From: Candidatus Limnocylindrales bacterium
GTDB taxonomy: Bacteria; Chloroflexota; Limnocylindria; Limnocylindrales; CSP1-4
Direction of reading: 5' to 3'
NCBI GenBank assembly: GCA_035255225.1
Contig: DATEZX010000191.1
Span: 1-30,797 of the forward strand
DNA length: 30,797 bases
In this document: positions 1 through 8,040 of the stretch, piece by piece
How the letters are laid out: every line of letters starts with the position of its first letter
Position numbering within the stretch: the stretch's first letter is position 1
Position numbers and translations under genes: made by a program
The notes under the pieces: model-generated
What the model was told of the DNA's origin: nothing
Seen by the model: only the letters and a program-made list of their open reading frames with translations
Database searches by the model: none

Positions 1-2
1 GC

Positions 3-962
3 TCAGCCGGCGAGCTTGGCGACCGCCGCCGCCGTGGCGGCGTCGGTCACCAGGACGCGAACGATCCCCGAGCGGAGGGCTGCCAGGATCGCCGGCGCCT
101 TCGACGGCCCGGCCGCGACCGCGAACACGAGCGGGACCCGACGGAGTGCCTCGATCGGGATGGCCAGCGTCCTGGCCGACCACGATTCGAGGAACGTGCC
201 AGCCCGGCCCAGGAAGTGGCAGGCGATGTCACCGACCACGTCGAGCTCGGCGAGCTCGGTTCGCGCCTCCGCGTCGAGGCGATCGATCGCCGTCCGGTAG
301 CCCGGATGGGCATACGGCGCACCACCGATGCCCAGCACCGCCACGTCGAGCGCGTTCCACTCGGCCGCCACCGAGCCGATCGCGGAGTCCTTGAGCAGCG
401 CCTCCTTGGTCGCGGGGCTGTCGAGGACCGCCGGGGCATGGAGCGAGCGGGCCCGGGCGCCGAAGCGCTCGGCCATCCGCCGCGCCAGCTCGTTGCCGTC
501 GAAGAGCTGGTTCTGGATGTCCCAGCCGCCCACGACGGGCACGATCGTCAGGCCCGGGCGGCCGATCGCCGGCAGCGCCGACACGAGGGCCGCCACGGTA
601 TAGCCGGCCGCGATCCCGACCGTGCCCTCGTGCGGCAGGCGGGGAGCGAGATGGTCCGCCGCGGCGAGGCCCGCCAGCCGGGACGCCGCCGCGTCGTCGC
701 CGGCACCGCCAGGGGTGAGCTCGACCTGGACCCCGAACCGGGTCGCGAGCGCTTCGGCGGCCGCTGTGCGGCCGGCCTGCGGCGCCTCGACAGTGATCCG
801 GACGACACCCTGGTCACGCGCGGCGGTCAGGAGCCGCGAGACCTTGGAGATCGAGAATCCCGTGAGGTCGGCGATCTCTGGCTGGTTGAGTGCGCGCTCG
901 TAATACAGCTCCGCCACGAGGCGCATGATGTCCCGGTCCGCAGCCGGCTCGGCTCTGCTCAT
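3..962 (-). CDS. SorC/DeoR(B. subtilis)-family sugar-binding transcriptional regulator, 319 aa
   Basis: N-terminal HTH MRLVAELYYERALNQPEIADLTGFSISKVSRLLTAARDQGVVRITV, then a sugar-phosphate-binding domain (DVAVLGIG, GDIACHF, VAAGPSKAPAILAAL). ATG at 962 follows a GGAGG SD. The 554-aa ORF-track extension upstream is antisense to EIIA and was discarded. Confidence 0.93.
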   Translation of the reverse strand: MSRAEPAADRDIMRLVAELYYERALNQPEIADLTGFSISKVSRLLTAARDQGVVRITVEAPQAGRTAAAEALATRFGVQVELTPGGAGDDAAASRLAGLAAADHLAPRLPHEGTVGIAAGYTVAALVSALPAIGRPGLTIVPVVGGWDIQNQLFDGNELARRMAERFGARARSLHAPAVLDSPATKEALLKDSAIGSVAAEWNALDVAVLGIGGAPYAHPGYRTAIDRLDAEARTELAELDVVGDIACHFLGRAGTFLESWSARTLAIPIEALRRVPLVFAVAAGPSKAPAILAALRSGIVRVLVTDAATAAAVAKLAG

Positions 963-1014
963 CGCCGCCTCCCAACGGCTTCGCGCCGCGCGGCTGTCCG
1001 GGGGTCGCGGAATC

Positions 1015-1044
1015 TTGACAGGCCGCGCGGCTGGACGGTACAAC
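1015..1044 (+). promoter_or_regulatory. Candidate sigma70-type promoter of the PTS operon (TTGACA-N18-TACAAC)
   Basis: Perfect -35 TTGACA at 1015-1020 and imperfect -10 TACAAC at 1039-1044, about 70 bp upstream of the EIIA start. Confidence 0.55.
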
Positions 1045-1059
1045 AGCGGGTGCGCGGGC

Positions 1060-1086
1060 TGCAAACATTGGCCGCAATTTCTTGCA
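1060..1086. promoter_or_regulatory. Operator-like 27-bp imperfect palindrome, copy A (TGCAAACATTGGCCGCAATTTCTTGCA)
   Basis: AT-rich dyad in GC-rich DNA, located between the predicted promoter and the EIIA SD. It matches copy B at 9209-9235 in register. Confidence 0.7.
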
Positions 1087-1112
1087 CCGATGGCAGCTCG
1101 TTGAGGAGAACG

Positions 1113-1520
1113 ATGCGGGGCTTCCGGATCGTGGTGGCCGCCCATGGCGATCTCGCGCCCGGCCTCGTCTCGGCCGCGCAGCTGATCTGCGGCCAGATCG
1201 CCGACCTCGTCGCAGTCAGCCTCGAACCGACCGACTCCCCGGAATCGTTCGCCACGCGGCTGGCCGACGCCGCCCCGGATCCTGACGAGCCGTTGCTCCT
1301 CCTGACCGACCTCGTCGGCGGCACGCCCCACAACGTCGCGTTCGCCCTCGTCCGCCGACGCCCATCGGCGGTCGTCATCTCCGGCGTCAATCTCGCCGTC
1401 CTCATGGAGGCGGCGATGACCGACGAAGCGCTCGGTCCGGCGCTCGTCGAGCGGCTCGTCGAAGCGGGTCGCTCGGCGCTCTCGGACGGAGCCAGCCTGG
1501 TGGCATCCAGGAGCTCGTGA
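1113..1520 (+). CDS. PTS mannose/fructose/sorbose family EIIA, 135 aa
   Basis: IVVAAHGDLA (phospho-His), LTDLVGGTP, GVNLAVLME motifs; GAGGAG SD before ATG 1113. Confidence 0.93.
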   Translation: MRGFRIVVAAHGDLAPGLVSAAQLICGQIADLVAVSLEPTDSPESFATRLADAAPDPDEPLLLLTDLVGGTPHNVAFALVRRRPSAVVISGVNLAVLMEAAMTDEALGPALVERLVEAGRSALSDGASLVASRSS

Positions 1521-1625
1521 GGCCGACCACCGGTCGCACTTGGAGGTGTGCGGACCGGGCCCGTCGGAGCCCGCGACGGCAGGTCTACTAGCGAAGCGGA
1601 TCAGGCATCCGCAGCGGAGGGTTGG

Positions 1626-2102
1626 ATGACCCTGAAGCTCGTCCGCGTGGACGATCGGCTGATCCACGGCCAGGTCGTGGCCATCTGGCTCAAGGCGCTC
1701 GGCGCTCGCCGGATCGTCATCGTCGACGATCGCACGGCCCGCGACGACTTCCTTCGGGAGATCCTCGAGCTGGCGTCACCACCCGGCGTGCCCGTCGAGG
1801 TCCTCGAGGTCGAGCCCGGGATCGCGCGCGTCCGCGGCCTGGTCAACGATCCCGAGCCGGTGTTCGTGCTCATGCGGTCGCCCGTGACCGCCGTCCAGCT
1901 GCGAGAGGCGGGCATCGAGTTCCCGCTGCTCAACGTGGGCGGCATCGGCGCGGGGCCCGGTCGCAAGCCCCTCTACCGCAACATCTCCGCCTCCCCGGAG
2001 GAGATCGCGGCGATGCAGCGACTGGAGGCGATGGGCACGAAGGTCGAGCTCCGGATCGTCGAGAACGACCGGCCCGTGATGTTCTCGTCGGTCAAGGTCT
2101 AG
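1626..2102 (+). CDS. PTS mannose/fructose/sorbose family EIIB, 158 aa
   Basis: RVDDRLIHGQV (phospho-His) and LNVGG motifs; GGAGG SD before ATG 1626. Confidence 0.95.
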   Translation: MTLKLVRVDDRLIHGQVVAIWLKALGARRIVIVDDRTARDDFLREILELASPPGVPVEVLEVEPGIARVRGLVNDPEPVFVLMRSPVTAVQLREAGIEFPLLNVGGIGAGPGRKPLYRNISASPEEIAAMQRLEAMGTKVELRIVENDRPVMFSSVKV

Positions 2103-2133
2103 GAGGTACGGAGGTGTCTCGGAGGTGCAATTC

Positions 2134-3036
2134 ATGCAACCCGTGAACAGCTCGGTCCGAGCTCGTCGGGTTGCCGCCCTGGTAACGCTCGGGGTCCTGG
2201 CCAGCCTCTTCGTGGCCGCCCCGACGATGGCCGCCGACGGCTCTGCGCCGACGGCCGGCATCATCCAGGCGGCGCTCGTGGGACTCGGCTATTACCTGAG
2301 CAACAGCCCGTGGCTCTTCGGTAACGGTGGCTTCTTCGGCCTCTACCGGCCGCTCGTCGCGGGCCTCATCGTCGGCTTCATCTTCGGCGATCCGGTGAAG
2401 GGCGCCGAGATCGGCGCCTCGATCAACCTGCTGTATATCGGCTTCATCTCGGCCGGTGGCTCCATCCCGGCCGACCCGTCGGTCGCCGGCTGGGTCGGCA
2501 CCGCGCTCGCGATGGCGGGCGGTCTCGACGCCTCGTCGGCCATCGCCCTCGGCGTCGCGATCGGCCTGCTCGGCACGATCATCTTCTTCACCCGGATGAG
2601 CGTCGATGCGGTCTTCGCCCACTGGGCGGATGCCCGGGCCGAGGCCGGCGACATCGGCGGGGTGTCCCGGATGAACTGGGTGCCCTCGCAGATCTTCCTG
2701 TTCATCATCAGCTTCATTCCCGCGACCGTCGCGGTCTACGCGGGGTCCCAGGTCGTGGCCGACTGGATCAGTTGGCTCAACACCAACGCGCCCTGGGTCC
2801 TCCACGGCTTCCAGATCGCGGGTGGTCTGCTGCCGGCCCTCGGCATCGCGATGAACATGCGGTTCATCTTCCGGGGAACCGTCGCGGCCTACTTCTTCAT
2901 CGGCTACCTCGTCTCGGTCGCCTCGGCCGGTGGGGTCAACATCGTGATGCTCGCCGTCATCGGCGTTGCCCTCGCGATGCTCCACATCGCGTTCCTTGGC
3001 ACCCGGCCCATGGCACCAAGGGGGGCTGAGGCATGA
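2134..3036 (+). CDS. PTS mannose/fructose/sorbose family EIIC with a signal-peptide-like N-terminal extension
   Basis: RPLVAGLIVGFIFGD, GASINLLYIG-GG-PAD and GGLLPALGIAM motifs; highly hydrophobic. ATG 2134 follows GGAGG; GTG 2125 is an in-frame alternative. Confidence 0.93.
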   Translation: MQPVNSSVRARRVAALVTLGVLASLFVAAPTMAADGSAPTAGIIQAALVGLGYYLSNSPWLFGNGGFFGLYRPLVAGLIVGFIFGDPVKGAEIGASINLLYIGFISAGGSIPADPSVAGWVGTALAMAGGLDASSAIALGVAIGLLGTIIFFTRMSVDAVFAHWADARAEAGDIGGVSRMNWVPSQIFLFIISFIPATVAVYAGSQVVADWISWLNTNAPWVLHGFQIAGGLLPALGIAMNMRFIFRGTVAAYFFIGYLVSVASAGGVNIVMLAVIGVALAMLHIAFLGTRPMAPRGAEA

Positions 3037-3962
3037 CCATGCCCGAGCAAGGCGGGAAGGTCTCCCTGACCCGTGGTGACGTCCAGCGGTCGTTCTGGCT
3101 GTGGACGTTCTTCAGCCATGCCAACTACAACTACGAGCGGCTCCAGGGGACGGCCTTCGCCCAGGCGATGACGCCGATCATCCGGAAGCTCTACAAGGAC
3201 CCCGACGAGATCAAGGCCGCCCTCAAGCGGCACCTGATCTTCTTCAACACCGAGCCGAACGTCGGCGGCGTGATCCACGGCGCGGTCATCGCCATGGAGG
3301 AGGAGCGCGCCAACGGCGCGCCGATCGACGACGACGCGATCAACTCGGTCAAGACCGGGCTCATGGGTCCACTCGCGGGAATCGGCGACTCGATCAGCCA
3401 GGGCACGATCACCCCGATCCTACTCTCGATCGGCATCTCCCTCGCCGCGAGCGGCAACATCCTCGGGCCGGTCCTGTACCTCGTGCTCGAGGTCGGGATC
3501 ATGCTGGCCCTGGCGTACTTCATGTGGATGCAGGGCTACGACCGCGGCCGCACCGGGGTCATCGACATGCTCCGCAGCGGGACGCTCGACCGGTACCTCA
3601 CCGGTGCCGGGGTCCTCGGCAACCTGGTCATGGGCGCCCTGGCCTACCAGTTCGTCCACTTCTACCTGACGTGGACGATCGGGATCGACGCTGGTGGCGG
3701 CAACGTCACCCGGTTCGACCTGAACGCCGACTTCTTCGCCAAGATCATGCCGGGACTCCTGCCGCTGGGCTGGGTCCTGCTGACCTGGTACCTCATCGCC
3801 CGCCGACGGGTCAGCCCGCTGTGGGTCCTGGTCGTCTACATCATCTTCGCGATGATCGCGGCGTACCCGTTCTTCAACGCCGACGCGAACAACCCGTGCG
3901 CGTCGCTCCTCAACCCGTTCTTCCAGCCGGCGGCCGGCTGCCCGCCTCCGGCGCCGCAGTGA
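3033..3962 (+). CDS. PTS mannose/fructose/sorbose family EIID, 309 aa
   Basis: NYERLQG, RHLIFFNTEP and KTGLMGPLAGIGDS motifs; ATGA overlap with the EIIC stop. Confidence 0.95.
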   Translation: MTMPEQGGKVSLTRGDVQRSFWLWTFFSHANYNYERLQGTAFAQAMTPIIRKLYKDPDEIKAALKRHLIFFNTEPNVGGVIHGAVIAMEEERANGAPIDDDAINSVKTGLMGPLAGIGDSISQGTITPILLSIGISLAASGNILGPVLYLVLEVGIMLALAYFMWMQGYDRGRTGVIDMLRSGTLDRYLTGAGVLGNLVMGALAYQFVHFYLTWTIGIDAGGGNVTRFDLNADFFAKIMPGLLPLGWVLLTWYLIARRRVSPLWVLVVYIIFAMIAAYPFFNADANNPCASLLNPFFQPAAGCPPPAPQ

Positions 3963-3990
3963 CCTTCGGCTAGGAACCTCGCTCGCGAAA

Positions 3991-4017
3991 GCGGCCCGGG
4001 CCACCGGCCCGGGCCGC
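3991..4017. other. Perfect 12-bp GC-rich intercistronic stem-loop after EIID
   Basis: GCGGCCCGGGCC-ACC-GGCCCGGGCCGC with no U-tract; could act as a stabiliser or weak terminator. Confidence 0.6.
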
Positions 4018-4081
4018 CGTCTGTCCGGCCGGGCGGCCGCGGCGCCGTCCGGCGCGCCACGTCGAACCTCGGAGGTCCGCC

Positions 4082-5110
4082 ACGCTCCGCCTCGGGATCG
4101 GCGAGCGCTGGGCGATCGCCAGCGCCCTTGCCTACACGATCGTCAACATCACGCTCCGGGTTGCCGCGCCGCACATCGACCCGTTCCTCGGGTCGTTCGT
4201 GCGGCTGCTGCCGCTCGCGGCGCTGTCCTGGCTGGTGGTCCTGCGCTCGGGCGCCCGCGAGGTCCGTCCGTCCCACGCCGCGTTCCTGTCCTGGCGCCTG
4301 ATCGGCTACCTGCTCGCCGGCGGGGCGGCCAGCCTCATCATCGGCAACGTCTTCTATTTCCAGGCCCTGACGAACGGCGGCCTCGGGATCACGATCGGCG
4401 GCGTCCAGGCCGGCTCGATCCTCGGCGGGTTGTGGCTCGGCCTGCTCCTCAACCGTGATCGGCCGACCACCGCCCAGCTCGCAGCCGCGGTCCTGATCGT
4501 GGCCGGCCTGGCCGGGATCGCGATCGCCCAGACCCAGCAGTTCGGCGACCTGTGGTGGCTAGGCCTGGCCTTCGCGATCGGCGCCGGGACGACCTACGCC
4601 CTGGCGAACGTCTTCAGCCGGACGGTCCAGCGCGAACGACCCCTGTTGTTCGTCAGCCAGGCCGTCTCGATGGTCGGCGGCGGCGTCCCGCTGGCGCTGA
4701 TCCTCGTGGGCCGAGTCGCCGCGGGGGAGTCCATCCCGATCGACGGCGGCTCGGTTGCCGCGGTCCTGCTGGCCGGCTGCTTCAACGCGGTGGCCCTGCT
4801 GACCCTGACCCTCGCCGTGCGCGCGGCGACGGTCGCGACCGTCAACACGATCGGCTCGTCGACCGTGGTCCTGAGCTTCATCGCCTCGGTCACGCTGTTC
4901 GGCGAGACGAGCAGCGCACCGATGGTCGCCGGGATCGCGCTCGTGACGGTCGGGATCGTGGTCGCCCAGCTCCGGCGCCGGGCCTCGAGGGGGTCGGCGA
5001 CGGCCCTCCCGGAGGCTGCCACCGCGGAGCCCGCCGCGACCGAGCCCTCGGCGGCTCCCGAGCCGGCCGTGACGGCTACGGAGCCGGCGTCGCCGCCAGC
5101 GGCGAGGTGA
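4082..5110 (+). CDS. EamA/DMT-family transporter; probable non-canonical ACG start (first canonical start is GTG 4199)
   Basis: About 10 hydrophobic segments in two repeats (WAIASALAYTIVNITLR; AFAIGAGTTYALANVFSR); GGAGG SD 6 nt before the in-frame ACG at 4082; Pro/Ala/Glu/Thr-rich C-terminal tail. Confidence 0.8.
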   Translation, partial: TLRLGIGERWAIASALAYTIVNITLRVAAPHIDPFLGSFVRLLPLAALSWLVVLRSGAREVRPSHAAFLSWRLIGYLLAGGAASLIIGNVFYFQALTNGGLGITIGGVQAGSILGGLWLGLLLNRDRPTTAQLAAAVLIVAGLAGIAIAQTQQFGDLWWLGLAFAIGAGTTYALANVFSRTVQRERPLLFVSQAVSMVGGGVPLALILVGRVAAGESIPIDGGSVAAVLLAGCFNAVALLTLTLAVRAATVATVNTIGSSTVVLSFIASVTLFGETSSAPMVAGIALVTVGIVVAQLRRRASRGSATALPEAATAEPAATEPSAAPEPAVTATEPASPPAAR

Positions 5111-5564
5111 TCCGCAGGAAGTAGCCGTCCGGGTCGGCCAGCCGGAAGTCGGTGCAGTTCCACGGCCGGTCCTGGAGGCCCTTCACGATGCTCAGCCCCG
5201 CACGGGCCGCCGCGGCGTGGACGGCATCGACGTCCGAGACCTGGACGACGATCTCGACGCCCGTGCCGCGCGGGATTCGCCCGATGTCGGGCGTGAAGTA
5301 GTGCGGCCCGGCCGAGACGTGGTCGTCGAGCTCGAGGCGGATCCCGACGCCCTCGCGCTCCATCCAGGCGCCCTTCGTCCAGGCGTTGGTCGCCCGGAAG
5401 CCGAGGGCCTCGTAGAACGCCCGGCTGCGGGCCACGTCGCGGACGAACAGCTCGACGATGACCGGGAAGCGCGGCGCCGGCCCGCCGCCCGGCGCCGGCT
5501 CGCCGCCCGGCGCCGGCTCGGGCGACGCAGCGGCCGCGGGCGACGGCGCGCCGTGGAGCGTCAC
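5076..5564 (-). CDS. VOC/glyoxalase/bleomycin-resistance family protein, about 162 aa
   Basis: VELFVRDVARSRAFYEALGF and DRPWNCTDFRLADPDGYFLRI motifs; GTG 4 nt after the ALDH stop; low-complexity N-terminus. Confidence 0.85.
   Translation of the reverse strand: MTLHGAPSPAAAASPEPAPGGEPAPGGGPAPRFPVIVELFVRDVARSRAFYEALGFRATNAWTKGAWMEREGVGIRLELDDHVSAGPHYFTPDIGRIPRGTGVEIVVQVSDVDAVHAAAARAGLSIVKGLQDRPWNCTDFRLADPDGYFLRITSPLAATPAP
5484..5519. repeat. 18-bp perfect tandem duplication encoding EPAPGG x2 in the VOC N-terminus
   Basis: gccgcccggcgccggctc occurs at 5484-5501 and 5502-5519. Confidence 0.8.
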
Positions 5565-5568
5565 CGGG

Positions 5569-7095
5569 TCACCGCCCCGCGTCGGCGATCCGGAACACGA
5601 TCTGCTTGTGCTGCTGGTACTTCTCGATCCCGACCCCACCGTAGCCCGACTGCTTGTAGCCGTGGCCGGGCGCCTCGAGGACGCCGGTCGAGAACCACTG
5701 GTTGACGTAGACCTGGCCGGCCTTGAGGCCGCGCGCCAGGCGCCACCCCCGGTCGAGGTCGCGGGTGAAGACGCCCGCGGAGAGGCCGTAGGTCGTGTCG
5801 TTGGCGATCGCCAGGGCCTCGGCCTCGGTGTCGAACGGCAGGATCGTCGCGACCGGGCCGAAGATCTCCTCGCGCGCGATCCGGCACGTCGGCGTCGCGT
5901 CGACGAAGACCGTCGGCGGGATGTACGCGCCCTTCGAGCGGATCGGGTCGGTGTAGCGAGTGCCGCCGGTCCGAAGCGTGGCCTCGCGCTTGCCGATCGC
6001 GATGTAGTCCCAGACCTTGGCCGCGTGGCTGGCGGCGATGACCGGCCCGAGCTCGGTCGAGGGATCGAGCGGTTCCCCGACCTTCATCGCCTCGGCCTTC
6101 GCGACGAGCGCGTCGACGAAGCGCTCCTGGATCGAGCGTTCCACGAGGATCCGCGAGCCACAGACGCAGATCTGGCCGGTGTTGCCGAAGGCCCCGAGCG
6201 TGCTCCAGAAGACGGCCGTGTCGAGATCCGCGTCGGCGAACACGAGATTCGGGTTCTTGCCGCCGAGCTCGAGCGAGATCCGCTTCACCTGCGAGGCGGC
6301 TGCCTCGAGGATGCGCGAGCCGGTCTCGATGCCGCCGGTCAGGCTGATCATGTCGACCCGTGGGTCGGCGACCAGGGCCTCACCGACGGACCCACCGGGC
6401 CCGGCGAGGACGTTGACCGCGCCCGGCGGGAGGTCGGCCTCCACGAGGAGCTGGGCGACGCGCATGAAGCACAGCGATGCCATCTGCGCGGGCTTGACGA
6501 TCGCGGCATTGCCCGCGGCGAGGATCGCGGCCATGCGCTGGATGCCGGTCCACAGGGGACCGTTCCAGGGCAGGATCTCGACGACCACGCCGAGCGGCTC
6601 GATGAGCTCGTGGTGGACGACCGACGCGTCCGGCATCTCGGCCACCGCGCCGCGGGTCGTCCGGGCCCGGCCGCCGAAGTAGCGCAGCGAGTCAAGGCTG
6701 ATCGAGAGATCCGAGTAGTGGACCGAGCTGATCGGCTTGCCGGCATCGATCGTCTCGAGGAACGCCAGCTCGTCGGCGTGCTTCTCGATGAGGTCGGCGA
6801 TCCGGAGGAGGGCGGCCGCCCGGTCGCGGGCGGTCGTTCGGCCCCACGGCCCCTCGTCGAACGCCTGGCGGGCCGAACCGACCGCGGCCGCGACGTCGTC
6901 GGGGCCGGCCTGCGAGATCTTCGCCACCGGCTCGTTGTCGCGCGGGCTGATGGCCGGGAAGACGGCGCCGTCGGCCGCGGGGGCGAGGCGCCCGCCGATG
7001 AGCAGGGGATAGGGGTCCCTGCTGACGCTCGCCCAGCGCGGGTCAGCGGCCGGATCGAAGGTCGTCGTGGTCGTGGTGGTCGCGTGGGTCTCCAT
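5569..7095 (-). CDS. Aldehyde dehydrogenase, 508 aa, substrate unknown
   Basis: PWNGP, ELGGKNP (catalytic Glu), GQICVCGSR (catalytic Cys) and EEIFGPV motifs; GGAGG SD; poly-Thr N-terminus. Confidence 0.95.
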   Translation of the reverse strand: METHATTTTTTTFDPAADPRWASVSRDPYPLLIGGRLAPAADGAVFPAISPRDNEPVAKISQAGPDDVAAAVGSARQAFDEGPWGRTTARDRAAALLRIADLIEKHADELAFLETIDAGKPISSVHYSDLSISLDSLRYFGGRARTTRGAVAEMPDASVVHHELIEPLGVVVEILPWNGPLWTGIQRMAAILAAGNAAIVKPAQMASLCFMRVAQLLVEADLPPGAVNVLAGPGGSVGEALVADPRVDMISLTGGIETGSRILEAAASQVKRISLELGGKNPNLVFADADLDTAVFWSTLGAFGNTGQICVCGSRILVERSIQERFVDALVAKAEAMKVGEPLDPSTELGPVIAASHAAKVWDYIAIGKREATLRTGGTRYTDPIRSKGAYIPPTVFVDATPTCRIAREEIFGPVATILPFDTEAEALAIANDTTYGLSAGVFTRDLDRGWRLARGLKAGQVYVNQWFSTGVLEAPGHGYKQSGYGGVGIEKYQQHKQIVFRIADAGR

Positions 7096-7185
7096 CTCGG
7101 ACCTCCGATCGGGCAGCGGGGCGCGGGGGACGCTGCGGTGGCGAGGCTACGGCAGATCGCGGGCTGGGGCGCGTGACGATGGTTC

Positions 7186-7224
7186 GGCGCCCGGGCGCGG
7201 CTCCTGGGCCCGCGCCCGGGCGCC
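7186..7224. other. Perfect 15-bp GC-rich intercistronic stem-loop between aldolase and ALDH
   Basis: GGCGCCCGGGCGCGG-N9-CCGCGCCCGGGCGCC, 6 bp downstream of the aldolase stop; no U-tract. Confidence 0.65.
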
Positions 7225-7230
7225 TCGAGA

Positions 7231-7998
7231 TCAGCTGTGGACGAGCTGGCCCGCGGCCTCGAGCGCCTCGTCAACCGAGGCGTCGCCGTGGATGATCGCG
7301 GCGAGGCCCCGGGTGATCCCGGCCGGGTCGGGGTCGCGCCAGATGTTGTTGCCGATCGCGACGCCCGCGACGCCGGCGAGGTTCACCGCGTCATAGACGT
7401 CCTGGTACAGCTCCCGGACGGAGCCCTTCTTGGCGCCGCCGAGGATGACGACCGGGACCATCGCGTACTCGACGACCACCCGCATCGTCTCGGGATCGCC
7501 GGTGTAGAAGGTCTTGATCATGTCGGCGCCGGTCTCGGCCGAGATCCGGGCACCCGCCGCGATCTTGTCGGGCGTGTGCATGTCCATTGCCGCGAAGCCA
7601 CCGGGCACCGACTCGGCGATGTATGGCAGCCCGAACCGGTCCGCGTCGGCCGCGAGGCGGGCCGCCTGGCGGATCGACTCGTCGCCGGTGAACGGGTAGA
7701 GCATCGACTTCACCGCGTCCGCCCCGACCGAGAGGGCGCGCTCGACCGCGACCTCGAGGAAGGGTGGGGTGGTGTCGAACGAGGCGATCGCCGCTGCCGG
7801 GCCGATCTGGTCGCCGAAGGCGATGATCGAGCCGATCGGCGACAGGAAGGCATCCGCGCCGGCCGGGACGACCGAGGCGCACGTCTGGCCGTACTTCGCC
7901 AGCCCGTCGACGGGCGCGTCCATGAACGCGGTGTGGTCCATCGCGACGATGAGGATCCGGCCGTCCTCCTTGAGGAGCCGATGCATCCGGCGCTTCAT
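7231..7998 (-). CDS. Class I (Schiff-base) aldolase, DhnA/LsrF-like family, 255 aa
   Basis: IVAMDH (Asp), GADMIKTFY (Schiff-base Lys), VVILGG, AIGNNIW motifs; GGAGG SD. Confidence 0.88.
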   Translation of the reverse strand: MKRRMHRLLKEDGRILIVAMDHTAFMDAPVDGLAKYGQTCASVVPAGADAFLSPIGSIIAFGDQIGPAAAIASFDTTPPFLEVAVERALSVGADAVKSMLYPFTGDESIRQAARLAADADRFGLPYIAESVPGGFAAMDMHTPDKIAAGARISAETGADMIKTFYTGDPETMRVVVEYAMVPVVILGGAKKGSVRELYQDVYDAVNLAGVAGVAIGNNIWRDPDPAGITRGLAAIIHGDASVDEALEAAGQLVHS

Positions 7999-8040
7999 TC
8001 GCTGTGCCTCCAGTGTGTCGTGCGTCCTGGGTGGGGTCGG

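Noticed and set aside
963-1667. N-terminal 235 aa of the 554-aa regulator ORF
   Set aside because: Spans the promoter region and is antisense to EIIA; the regulator HTH begins right after ATG 962.
2126-2139. TGCAATTCATGCAA as a third operator copy
   Set aside because: Shares only TGCAA; lacks the 27-bp dyad and overlaps the EIIC initiation region.
7065-7082. Poly-Thr run at the ALDH N-terminus as a phase-variable repeat
   Set aside because: Mixed codons (ACC/ACG) in frame, not a slippage-prone simple repeat.
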